DNA of 63,183 bases, counting the filler, from Octopus bimaculoides (Eukaryota): NCBI RefSeq assembly GCF_001194135.2. It is 4 parts of 4 records of this genome, joined end to end, with 100 filler letters (N's around TTAATTAATTAA, not from the genome) between each part and the next. Parts side by side here need not be neighbours in the genome. Positions count along the whole stretch, not along the records: positions 32,161 to 55,405 come from NC_068994.1; 3 more parts are not named here. One strand, given 5' to 3'. Positions 37,625 through 48,639 of this stretch are shown here, piece by piece. Position 1 is the first letter of the stretch, and every line of letters starts with the position of its first letter. The position numbers were made by a program, and so were the translations under genes. The notes under the pieces were generated by a model. That model searched no databases. It saw only the letters and a program-made list of their open reading frames with translations, and was not told where the DNA came from.

Positions 37625-40035
37625 GTAAGTAACCCACCCTCTATACCCAACACCTCCACTTTTACACTCTTCTATATCTTCTCACTCGTACTTTCCCTGT
37701 CTTCAATTCTCTCTTTCTCTCTTTATCTCCCTCTTTTTTTCTCTCACTGTCTTCTCTGTCCATCTTCCTTCCTTCCTTCCTTCCGCATCCTTTATACTTC
37801 ATACATATATGCTGCTGTTGTAGATAACACAGTATGGCTGAATGATTAAAGACTTTGCTTTGTAACCATGAGGTCCCAGGTTCACTCTTACTGTGCAGAA
37901 CTCAAGAAGATCCATCCTCCACAACAGAAGTGTTAAGGGCACATTCCCTGGTGAAGGCGATTGGCCTGCAAAAGTCCTGTGCTAGTGCCACATCATAAGT
38001 GCTCATGCTGCGGTGCCATTTAAAGGCACTCATGCCAGTGGCACATTAAAAGCACCCAACACACATTGTAAAGTGGTTGGCATTAGGAAGGGCATCCAGC
38101 TGTAGAAACCAAGTCAAATCAGACTGGAGCCTGGTGCAGCTCCCCAGCTTGCCAGGTCTGGTCAAACCATCCAACCCATGCCAGCATGGAAAACGGATGT
38201 TAAAGGATGATGATGATGATTGTCTTAAGTCAACCCATACATTGTGGGTGAGACTGGGTTGAAGAAAACTATAGTCACTATGAACAAGAACTTCAATAAC
38301 TCCCAGAATCCAATTTGCATGAGTGATGCCTCTACTGGCAGTCAGAGCTCTTAGTTATTGATGTGATAAACAGTGTTTTACATCATCATCATCATCGTCG
38401 TTTAACGTCCGCTTTCCATGCTAGCATGGGTTGGACAATTTGACTGAGGACTGGTGAACCAGATGGCTACACCAGGCTCCAATCTGATTTGGCAGAGTTT
38501 CTACAGCTGGATGCCCTTCCTAACGTCAACCACTNNNNNNNNNNGTAGTGAGTGCTTTTACGTGCCACTGGCACGAGGGCCAGTCACACAGTACTGGCAA
38601 CAGCCACGCTCAAAAAGATGTTTTTTACGTGCCACCTGCACAAGAGCCAGTCCAGCGGCACTGGCAACGACCTCGCTCGAATGATTTTCTAACGTGCCAC
38701 CAGCACAAGTGCTAGAAGGCAACGCTGGTGACAGGTGGGGCTGCTCATAAGTTTTAACAACAAGTATTCAGGTGTTTCGTCTGCTGAATTAGCACATAAG
38801 TGGCTGAGTATTCCACATATATATTTCTAATAACTTTTGGGTTGAATCAATGTGACAAAGCTAAGCCTGAAACCCTTTTGTTATTGTATTTCTGTTGAAA
38901 TACACTGTCTTTGTTTCGGTTAATTTTGAAAAAATTGAAGAATTTTGTCTAATTATTTACCTGCTAGGACTGAACCCCAAACCATCTGGTTAAGATGCAA
39001 ATGTCTAATAACCTCAATATTACTTATCTGGTGTTTGGTATATAAATTAGGTTGAAGTTTAGATGCAGGGCTTTAATTCAGATCACTTTGACCATTTAGC
39101 ATTCAGATTACTCTGTCAAATATAAAGCTTGTGTATTCACACCATTTAAAACTAATCCTGCATTATTTCATGACTTTGAGATTTCAAAGATGTGATTGTT
39201 TATTTTCAAAATGACACTGTAAGGTAGCTATGAAAGATCATATATGACTAGTTTGAAAGTAAAACAGGTAGAATATTTTGGCTGGATGTGGTCAGTTTAA
39301 ACTCTAAGGGGTTCAAACAAAAGTTTGTATTATAGAGCCTGGAGACAGTCTCAGGTGAACTACAGAAAATACAGGGTGATAGTCATACAGTATTTAATCC
39401 GTTTGCTACCATATTTTTGTTAAAATACACCACTACACATATATGTGTAAATATATATATGTGCATGTGTAGAGGCGTAGGAGTGGCTGTGTGGTAAGTA
39501 GCTTGCTTACCAACCACATGGTTCCGGGTTCAGTCCTACTGCATGGCACCTTGGGCAAGAGTCTTCTACTATAGCCTCTGGCCGACCAAAGCCTTGTGAG
39601 TGGATTTGGTAGACGGAAACTGAAAGAAGCCCGTCATATATATGTATGTTTGTGTGTCTNNNNNNNNNNAACATCGCTTGACAACCGATGCTGGTGTGTT
39701 TACGTCCCCGTAACTTAGCGGTTCGGCAAAAGAGACCGATAGAATAAGTACTAGGCTTACAAAGAATAAGTCCTGGGGTCGATTTGTTCGGCTAAAGGCA
39801 GTGCTCCAGCATGGCCACAGTCAAATGACTGAAACAAGTAAAAGAGTACCTTTGAATTAATTTGCAAAATAATGAAGAATTTAGTACAGTAAGTCTCTCA
39901 ATAATATTTATCTGGTGTTTGAAATTTAGATGAGCAGTTTTAATTTAGAGCACTTGAAAGTAGGAAGTTTGTATCAGAACCAAGGGGTAGGCTTAGGTGA
40001 GTTACTGAACACATAGACTGATAGTTATACAATAA

Positions 40036-40411
40036 TTAACCCCCTTTTGTTACCGTATTTCCATTGAAATATGCTGCCTTTGTTCCAATTAATTTGGAAA
40101 ATAACGAAAAATGTTGTAAAATATTTTTGTCTTTATTAAACTAGTGTTTGGAACATAAAATTTCAATGATTTTAATGGGACTTTAATGTAGATTTTAATG
40201 GGATATTTTAATGTACAGGGTGTCCACAAAGTCTGGGTACATGGGGATTAACACATACTTGAAGAAATTATTATTACTTATATTTAATTGTTTATGTTAT
40301 GATTTTATTTACTCCATGTACCCAGATTTTGTGGACACCCTGTAGATCACTTTAAAATAGAAAGTTTGTATCATAAGGGGGTGGTCTCAAACATGTTATC
40401 AGAAAGGTTAA
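40036..40411. mobile_element. TTAA-flanked MITE family 2, interrupted by a Tc1/mariner MITE
   Basis: TTAACCCCCTTTTGTTACC...GAAAGGTTAA. Uninterrupted sister copy at 43938-44148, and fragments at 1-100 and 38870-39090. Confidence 0.6.
40216..40342. mobile_element. Tc1/mariner-type MITE, 127 bp
   Basis: 29-bp TIRs CAGGGTGTCCACAAAGTCTGGGTACATGG (28/29 match) with TA on both sides. Confidence 0.9.
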
Positions 40412-40806
40412 ATCATCATCACCGTTTAATGTCTGCCTTCCATGCTGGCGTGGGTGAGATGGTTTGACAGGAGCCAGCCAGGCAGAAGCCTGCACCAGAC
40501 TTCTGTGACTGTTTTGGCCAGATTTTTACAGCCAGATGCCCTTCCTAACACCAACCACCCAGCAGAGTGGACTTAAATGATGGAGAAAATTTATCCACAA
40601 GCTTCCACACAGTTTTCATCTCCCTGCTTTCTCTCATAAAACTCAGGTCAACCTAAGGTTATTAAAAAAAACAACTTCCCAACATGTCATACAGTGGGAT
40701 TGAACCAGAGTCCTACTAATTTTGCCAAGTGAACTTCTTAACTATTCACCCTTACCTTGAATTAATTAATTTACCCACAGTTTTCTCTCTCTCTCCGTTC
40801 CTATAG

Positions 40807-40922
40807 CAGATGACTGGATGGCAGTGGTACCAACTGCAAGCCTACAGAGCTGTGAATCAAGCTATTGGAAGAGTCATCAGACACAAAGATGATTATGGGG
40901 CCATCCTCCTGTGTGATAGTCG
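40807..40922 (+). CDS. RTEL1: RTEL1 exon 4 ([39 protein letters not shown])
   Basis: CCTATAG acceptor (TAGCAG tandem), GTGAGT donor, 116 nt, ends phase 2. Helicase motif [15 protein letters not shown]. Confidence 0.95.
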
Positions 40923-41020
40923 GTGAGTAGAACTCTCTTGTCTTTAGAGAATACATTCTGCTAATTAGTTAGTTTCTAATGTACAGCATCTTGAGTAATG
41001 TCTTCTATACTATACCCCCA

Positions 41021-41409
41021 GGAGCAATGGCCCAGTTGTTAGGGCAGCGGACTCGCGGTCATAGGCTCTCAGTTTCGATTCCCAGACCGGGCGTTGTGAG
41101 TGTTTATTGAGTGAAAACACCTAAAGCTCCACGAGGCTCCGGCAGGGGATGGTGGCGAACCCTGCTGTACTCTTCCACCACAACTTTCTCTCACTCTTAC
41201 TTCCTGTTTCTGTTGTGCCTGTAATTCAAAGGGTCAGCCTTGTCACACTGTGTCACGCTGAATATCCCCGAGAACTACGTTAAGGGTACACGTGTCTGTG
41301 GAGTGTTCAGCCACTTGCACGTTAATTTCACGAGCAGGCTGTTCCGTTGATCGGATCAACTGGAACCCTCGACGTCATAAGCGACGGAGTGCCAACAACA
41401 ACAACAACA
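41021..41409 (+). mobile_element. Full-length tRNA-derived SINE family C with (AAC)n tail and 10-bp TSD
   Basis: Head GGAGCAATGGCCCAGTTGTTAGGGCAGCGG...GTTTCGATTCCC. TATACCCCCA at both 41011-41020 and 41410-41419. Partial copies at 50506-50760 (-) and 60913-61170 (+). Confidence 0.9.
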
Positions 41410-42323
41410 TATACCCCCACGCCAACCAACACCTTGCAAGAGAATTTGATAGATGGAAACTGGGAAGCTCATCATCATCATCATCATTTAATGCCTGTCC
41501 TTTATACTGGCATGGGTTGGCTAGTTCAACAATATCTAAGCCAAAGGACTGTGCCTGGCTCTAATGTCTGCTTTGACATAGCTTTTTATGGCTGGATGTC
41601 CTTCCTAACACCAACTACTTTAAAGTGTATACTTAGTGCATTTTTTATAACCCCCAGCTCTAGTGACACTGTCGAGTAACTTGCAAGACAAAGAGGAAAC
41701 CCTTTCAACTTGGTGAGGTTCTACTGCAGCATCAGAAGAGGTGGCTTTGTGCCAGGTATTGAGAGGCTGAAAGGTAAAACCCTGCCTTGAATAACCTCCA
41801 TCTAACCCCAGATTGCCTGGAATATGTGCTGTTGTGGAGATACACAGTAATGCCCTCACCCCACCCACTGCATTGATACCGCTATATCTGATTACCTTTT
41901 ACCTTTTCCACTCATTTAACTGTGGCCATGCTGGGGTATCATCTTGAAGAATTTTGGTCAAGCAAATCAACCACAAGATTTTTTTTGTTTTTAAAGCCCA
42001 GTGCTTATTCTGTTGGGTTCTTTTGCTGAACCGCTAAGTTATGGGGATATAAACACACCAATACAGGTTTTCAAGAGGTGGTGGGGGACAAACACAGACA
42101 CCGGAGTCCATATAAGGTTTTGTTGTTAAAATTTTATGTGCAATAAATTCATTGTACTTCTTACCATACACAAAATATCTTAGCAAAAATTTTTTATACA
42201 ATTCTTAAAATTTAATTATGAAAACATAATAGGATTTTTTAAACATTGAATGGCTATGTGAGTCCACCCAAGTAAAATACGAATTAGAGGGGACCATAGG
42301 TGAAAAATGGTTGAGAAACACTG

Positions 42324-42379
<56 letters not shown>

Positions 42380-42677
42380 NNNNNNNNNNNNNNNNNNNNN
42401 NNNNNNNNNNNNNNNNNNNNNNNNNNNNNNNNNNNNNNNNNNNNNNNNNNNNNNNNNNNNNNNNNNNNNNNNNNNNNNNNNNNNNNNNNNNNNNNNNNNN
42501 NNNNNNNNNNNNNNNNNNNNNNNNNNNNNNNNNNNNNNNNNNNNNNNNNNNNNNNNNNNNNNNNNNNNNNNNNNNNNNNNNNNNNNNNNNNNNNNNNNNN
42601 NNNNNNNNNNNNNNNNNNNNNNNNNNNNNNNNNNNNNNNNNNNNNNNNNNNNNNNNNNNNNNNNNNNNNNNNATATA

Positions 42678-42884
42678 TGAAGTGGTGCTGGAAAGTTCCT
42701 GGCTTTAAGGGTATCGTGAAAGGCCTGGTTGGACGACCAACCTTCCAAATTCTTTTACAGGTTTTCAGTAGAAAAACTGAAGGACCATTGCAATAAGAAT
42801 CTGAATCTGAGAGAAGGATATGTTGATTAAAATCATAATTAATTAATCCTCCTATATTTTCTTTTATCCAACGCCACCTTATCA
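42678..42884 (+). mobile_element. Short mariner-derived non-autonomous element
   Basis: TA + TGAAGTGGTGCTGGAAAGTTCCTGGCTT TIR-like end. The interior translates KAWLDDQPSKFF...EKLKDHCNKNLNLREGYVD*, a mariner C-terminus. The right TIR is partly deleted. Confidence 0.6.
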
Positions 42885-44280
42885 TATGCGATTAGATTCT
42901 TTAGTAGCTTCATGATGTTTAGTCAATATGCCCATTCAGCAGTTAAACACATATTTAACTTCATGGTGTAGCCAAGATGTTTCATCATCATCATCATCGT
43001 TTAATGTCCACTTTCCATGCTAGCATGGGTTGGATGATTTGACTGAGGACTGGTGAACCAGATGGCTACACCAGGCTCCAATCTGATTTGGCAGAGTTTC
43101 TACAGCTGGATGCCCTTCCTAACGCCAATCACTCCGAGAGTGTAGTGGGTGCTTTTACGTGCCACCGGCACAAAGGCCAGTCAGGTGGTACTGGCAACGG
43201 CCACAATCAAAATGGTGTATTTTACGTGCCACCTGCACAGGAGCCAGTTCGGTGGCACTAGCAACGATCTCGCTCGAGTTCTATGAATTCATTTCATTGT
43301 TAGTATTGTTCCTCTACATTAAACAGTTGATTTTTAAAAAAATGATTTTCTAAATTTATTCGTTGCTACAATCCTTACCTCCCCACCAACTCCTGACGAA
43401 CTCCTATTTCTAATTCTCTTCTCACTCCTGCACATATCTGCCATCCCTAACTTCTGCCTCTGCTGTTATCTCCCAACCCTAACCCCCACCATTAACTATT
43501 GGTGTCAGATTTTGGCACAAGGCCAGCAAGTTTGGAGGAGCTGGGAGTGGGGGTTTAAGCCAATTACATCAACCTGAATGATCTACTGATACTTATTTTA
43601 TTGACCCTGAAAGGATAAAAGGTAAAGTCAATCTCAGCAAAATTTGAACTCAACGTAAAGACAGACAAAATATTGCAAAGAATTTTGCCCAGCATGCTAA
43701 CGATTCTGCCAGCTCACTGCCTTACTCCAACTATTGCTGTATTTTTATGTATATAAGGGACCCTATTTTGTCAAAAATTAGGTTTAAAAAATATGGGAGT
43801 TTCTTATACATGGATAGTATTATAATCCTTTACAAAACCTTTTTTCCAAATTTTAAGCCCCCAAAATTAGGGAGTTCCTTATACACATTAAAGTATGGTA
43901 ATTATTAATCCCTACTACTGACTCCTTATCCTATTCCTTAAACCTTTTGTTACCATATTTTTGTTGAAATACATTGCCTTTATTTCAATTAATTTAGAAA
44001 ATAACTTTGCCAATATGAAGTTGGTGTTTGGAGCAGATGTTAACATGAAATTTTGAAGGAAGGTTTTTAATTAAAGTCATTCTGAAGGAAGAAGTTTGTA
44101 TTATAAAACCTGGAACAATCTCAGGCAGGTTGGTTTCAAAAGGGTTAACTAACTCCTAATCCTAGCTAACCCCACTTCTAACTAACTCCTACCTTTAATC
44201 CACCTTTTCCTTTCCAGGTCACCCTTCCCCTTACCCTATTATTGTGACCCTATGCTTATGACTCCCTAACTTTTTTTCAG

Positions 44281-44404
44281 GTTCACCAGTAACCATAACA
44301 TTCACCATCTTCCCATCTGGCTCCGGGATGAAGTTCGCAAAACGGACAAATATGGTCAAGTCTTGCGTGAGTTGGCCTCCTTCTTCAAGGCGGCTAAAAG
44401 AACG
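44281..44404 (+). CDS. RTEL1: RTEL1 exon 5 (FTSNHNIHHLPIWLRDEVRKTDKYGQVLRELASFFKAAKRT)
   Basis: TTTTTTTCAG acceptor, GTAAAG donor, 124 nt, phase 2 in and phase 0 out. LP.W.R and FF..A.RT motifs closing the helicase domain. Confidence 0.92.
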
Positions 44405-45473
44405 GTAAAGAATTTTGCATAAAACTCTCTCTCTAATATAAGAAGAGCATTGTAGCTTGATTGAAGCATTGTGGTAACGAAGTAAAATAATAAAATGGAG
44501 AGAAAATAATAAGATGGAGAGTTTGTAACTCTGGGCCAATCAAAGCCTTGCAAATGAATCTGGTGGCCAGAAAGTGAATGAAACTGAAAGGCGACAAGCT
44601 GGCCGAAACGTTAACACGCCGGACGAAATGCTTAGCGGTATTTCGTCTGCTGTTACGTTCTGAGTTCAAATTCCGCCGAGGTCGACTTTGCCTTTCATCC
44701 TTTCGGGGTCGATTAAATAAGTACCAGTTACGCACTGGGGTCGATATAGTCGACTTAATCTGTTTGTCTGTCCTTGTTTGTCCCCTCTGTGTATAACCCC
44801 TTGTGGGCAGTAAAGAAATAGGTATTTCGTCTGCTGTTACATTCTGAGTTCAAATTCCGCCGAGGTCAACTTTGCCTTTCATCTTTTCGGGGTCGATAAA
44901 TTAAGTAGCAGTTACGCACTGGGGTCGATGTAATCGACTTAATCCGTTTGTGTCCTTGTGTGTCCCCTCTGTGTGTAGCCCCTTGTGGGTAGTAAAGAAA
45001 TAAGAAACTGAATGAAGCTTCTTATATATACATAAAAGTGTATGTATATGTGTGTGTGTGTGTGTGTGTATCATCATCATCGTCGTCGTCGTTTAACGTC
45101 CGCTTTCCATGCTAGCATGGGTTGGACGATTTGACTGAGGACTGGTGAAACCAGATGGCTACACCAGGCTCCAATCTGATTTGAAAGTCCTTACACATGC
45201 TGCGGGCACAAATGCCAGAAAGGCGACGCTGGGCACAGGTGCCATCACAATTTTATTCTTTTACTTGTTTCAGTCATTTGATTGTGGTCATGCTGGAGCA
45301 ACACCTTGAAGTATTTTAGTCAAACAAATCGACCCCAGGAGTTATTTTTTAAGCCTAGTACTTATTCTATTGGTCTCTTTTGCTGAACTGCTAAGTTACA
45401 GGGACGTAAACTCAGTGACACCAGTTGTCAAGTGGTGATGGGGGACGAACACAGATACAAAGACATGCACACA

Positions 45474-46149
45474 TCATTATCATCATCATCGGTTTACGTC
45501 CGCTTTCCATGCTGGCATGGGTTGAACGGCTTGACTGAGGACTAGTGAGCCAGAGGCTGCACCAGGCTCAATCTGATCTGGCAAAGTTTCTACAGCTGTG
45601 CTGGTAAAGTGACGCTGGTAACGATCACACTCGAATGGTGCTTTTCACGTGTCACTGGCACGGGAGCCAATCCATGGCCCTGGCAATGATCACGCTCGGA
45701 TGTGCTTTTAACGTTCCACTGGCACGAGTGCCAATCAGGCGGTACTGTCATTGGCCAAGTCAGTGATTTTGATTTGCTTACACTTGCCTCAATAGGTCTT
45801 CGCAAGTAAAGTTCATTGTCCAATGAATGAGAAGTATTCATAAATGGGCTGGTTACAACCACTGGCATAAGCCATGAGCTATGGTCTCACTTGGCTTGTT
45901 GGGTCTTCTGAAGCACAACATATCTCCAAAGGTCCCGGTCACTAGTCATTTCCTCGGTGAGGCCCAATGTTCGAAGGTTGTGCTTCACCACCTCATCCCA
46001 GGTTTTCCTGGGTCTACCTCTTCCACAGGTTCCCTCAACTGCTAGGGTGTGACATTTTTTCACACAGCTGTCCTCATCCATTCACACCACATGTCCATAC
46101 CAGCGCAGTCATCTCTCTTGCACACCACAACTGATGTTGCTTAAATCCA
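45474..46149 (-). mobile_element. 5'-truncated RTE LINE (ORF end + 3' UTR + (ATG)n tail)
   Basis: ER*LRWYGHVV*MDEDSCVKKCHTLAVEGTCGRGRPRKTWDEVVKHNLRTLGLTEEMTSDRDLWRYVVLQKTQQAK*. The tail matches the abundant (CAT)n-headed repeats. Confidence 0.88.
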
Positions 46150-46205
46150 ACTTTTCTGTGGTTGGGAAGCAAGTTTCTTACCACATAGTTATGCCTGTAT
46201 ATATA

Positions 46206-46237
<32 letters not shown>

Positions 46238-47786
46238 CATATGTGTATATATGTGCATGCATGTATGTAATGTATATATGAGGGCGCATAGCCTAGTTGT
46301 TACAGTGTTGCTCTCACGATGTAGCGATTGGGATTTCAATTCCTAGACCAGATGGTACATTGTGTTCTTGAGCAAAACACTTCATCTCCCGTTGTTCTGT
46401 GACCACTTCAATGCCTACGCATGGTACACCTTGCACCTGTTCAGGTAATGTTGATTTGATGGAGAGTGAGTGAGCTAATGTTTGGCATGAACATTTGATC
46501 ACTATAAACAAATCATTTCTGCAGGTCTTTCGGCAAAAAGCTGAACACTAGTACACCATCTTCAGCTGGAGAGTCCATCATGTATGTATAAGTGTATACA
46601 CACAAACACACACACACATACATGCAATTATATATGTATGTATATTTTTATGTTTATTTCCGTGTGTGTTAGTGTTTGTCCCTCACCACTGCTTGACAAC
46701 CCGCATTGGTTTGTTTATGTCCCCTAACTAAGTTGTTTAGCGAACGGGACCAACAGAACAAGTACCAGGTTTCAAAGAAGAATAAGTGCTGGGGTCAATT
46801 TGTCTGACTAAACACATGGAGGTGGTGCTCCAGCATAGCCACAGTCTAATGACTAAAACTAATAAAACAAATAATGGGGCAAAATATTTCAGACCTAAAC
46901 AGTCCATGATTAAAAGTAAATGGGCAAGAAATGTTAGTCTATACAGTACCAACCATGCTGGTCATTGCGTTGGTTCTGTATAGACCCACGTTTGTTGTCT
47001 GTTTGCTCCTGATCACGGGCCTTAGTGCTTGGAGTATATATCAGTTTTTAACTTATTCTTTTTCTCATTGTAAAAAGCTCTGTGCTTTAACTATTTTGTT
47101 ATTCTATGCTATGATTATATTGTTGTTAGATCTACTATCGCATCGTCATCATCTCATACTTTTTCCATGTGATCGACAAATCTCTCATCGTCTTTGTTGT
47201 AGTGAAAATGGTACACTCCTTCCCACATGACAGTGGTATGAGTCAGCCACTATAAAGTCAGACAGTCAGTTGTAGCAGGGTCAGTAGTAGTAGGTGTAGT
47301 AGTAGTAGTAGTAGAGTCATTGTACGAGTTCTCAGTCAGTCAGTGTCAGTTACATGAACAAGTTCGAGTTACTGTCAAGGTAGATGTTTCAAAGTCATTG
47401 TCCTGTGAAGCTATCAGTGATAGCAAGAGTAATGAGGTAAAGATAATAAGATGTAGAATACCACCATAACATATTAGTGGTGACAAGAATATTACAGTGC
47501 CAACGACAACATACAAGTGAACGAAGATCCACATTATAACAGTCTTAGCACTCATTTTCATTGTACATGATCAACTTTGAAGTTGTGTGCACCATATTTT
47601 TCTTTTCTAGTTAGTTACATGCTCTTAAGTATTGTATGACTATTAGTCTGTGTTCTGTAATTCACATGAGACTGTCCCCACTAGTCAGAGAGAAGAAGAG
47701 ACATGGAGAAGAACAGATGGTCATTGAAGAGGTCACAGAGAGTGTGATGAAAGAACGCTGACCTGTAAAATAATAATAATAATAAA

Positions 47787-48342
47787 TGCCCTGATGCAGT
47801 ACCAAGCAGAGGCTTTCGTGGCTTCTGATCTTAACTGATTGGAGGTGTTATCATGTACTTGTTTTGTCTTGGTCTAAAAGATGGCCTTACAGCAAATATT
47901 CTGCTCAATACCACAGATTTGCTTTTCACTTGATTGACCTTGACCAGTTGAGCATGTCCCTTGGTGGCTGACGATATGTGCATCTCTGATTACGAGCAGA
48001 AGTTGTTGGGGAGCATCATAGCCATGTATTGAGAGGAATTCTTTGAGATTTGAATAATTCACCTCTGGAAACATGGGTGTTTTTGTTCAACATCCTTAAA
48101 CAAACTTTATTCAGGGACCTTTTGAGCAGGATGGGCTACTCAACCAGAAGAAAATTCTAATCGGGCCTCACCTGCAAAGTCAGTACACTGTTTATCTTGA
48201 TATGAGATCAGCATGTTGCCCACATGGTTGTGATGCATGTGCCTGGTTTATCCTTGTCAGATGGGGAATCAAGATGGGTATATTGGTCTTCGTATATTTG
48301 TACCCCAGTCTCACTTCAAATGCATGCACTGTTCTCTCACTC
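47787..48342. mobile_element. Unclassified ~556-bp element between two (AAT)n tracts
   Basis: Complex non-coding sequence with (AAT)n immediately on both sides. No TIRs and no ORF recognised. Confidence 0.45.
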
Positions 48343-48380
<38 letters not shown>

Positions 48381-48479
48381 AGTGATAAGATCAAATAAAT
48401 AGTGTGTGTCTTTATTGGCAAAATACTTATTCTCTTTTATTCTTTTTCTTTTTCTTTTCTCCCCTTTCACCAAATCTAG

Positions 48480-48639
48480 TTACCACAACCAGTGCTATCT
48501 TCCAGACAATATAAAGCTGCCAACCCTGTCTCCACATTTAGTAGTGGTTCATATTTTGAAATCGGTCAAGTGACGATACGTCCTCCATCGGCCAGAGCCT
48601 CGGATGTTGTCACACATGTCCCCAGTTTGAGCATAGATG
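48480..48639 (+). CDS. RTEL1: Probable RTEL1 exon 6 (LPQPVLSSRQYKAANPVSTFSSGSYFEIGQVTIRPPSARASDVVTHVPSLSID)
   Basis: Long polypyrimidine tract + CTAG acceptor, phase 0 start. Starts LPQP and contains HVPSL, both recalled from the RTEL1 post-helicase linker. Donor GTTGGT (phase 1) is my best choice but less certain. Confidence 0.75.
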
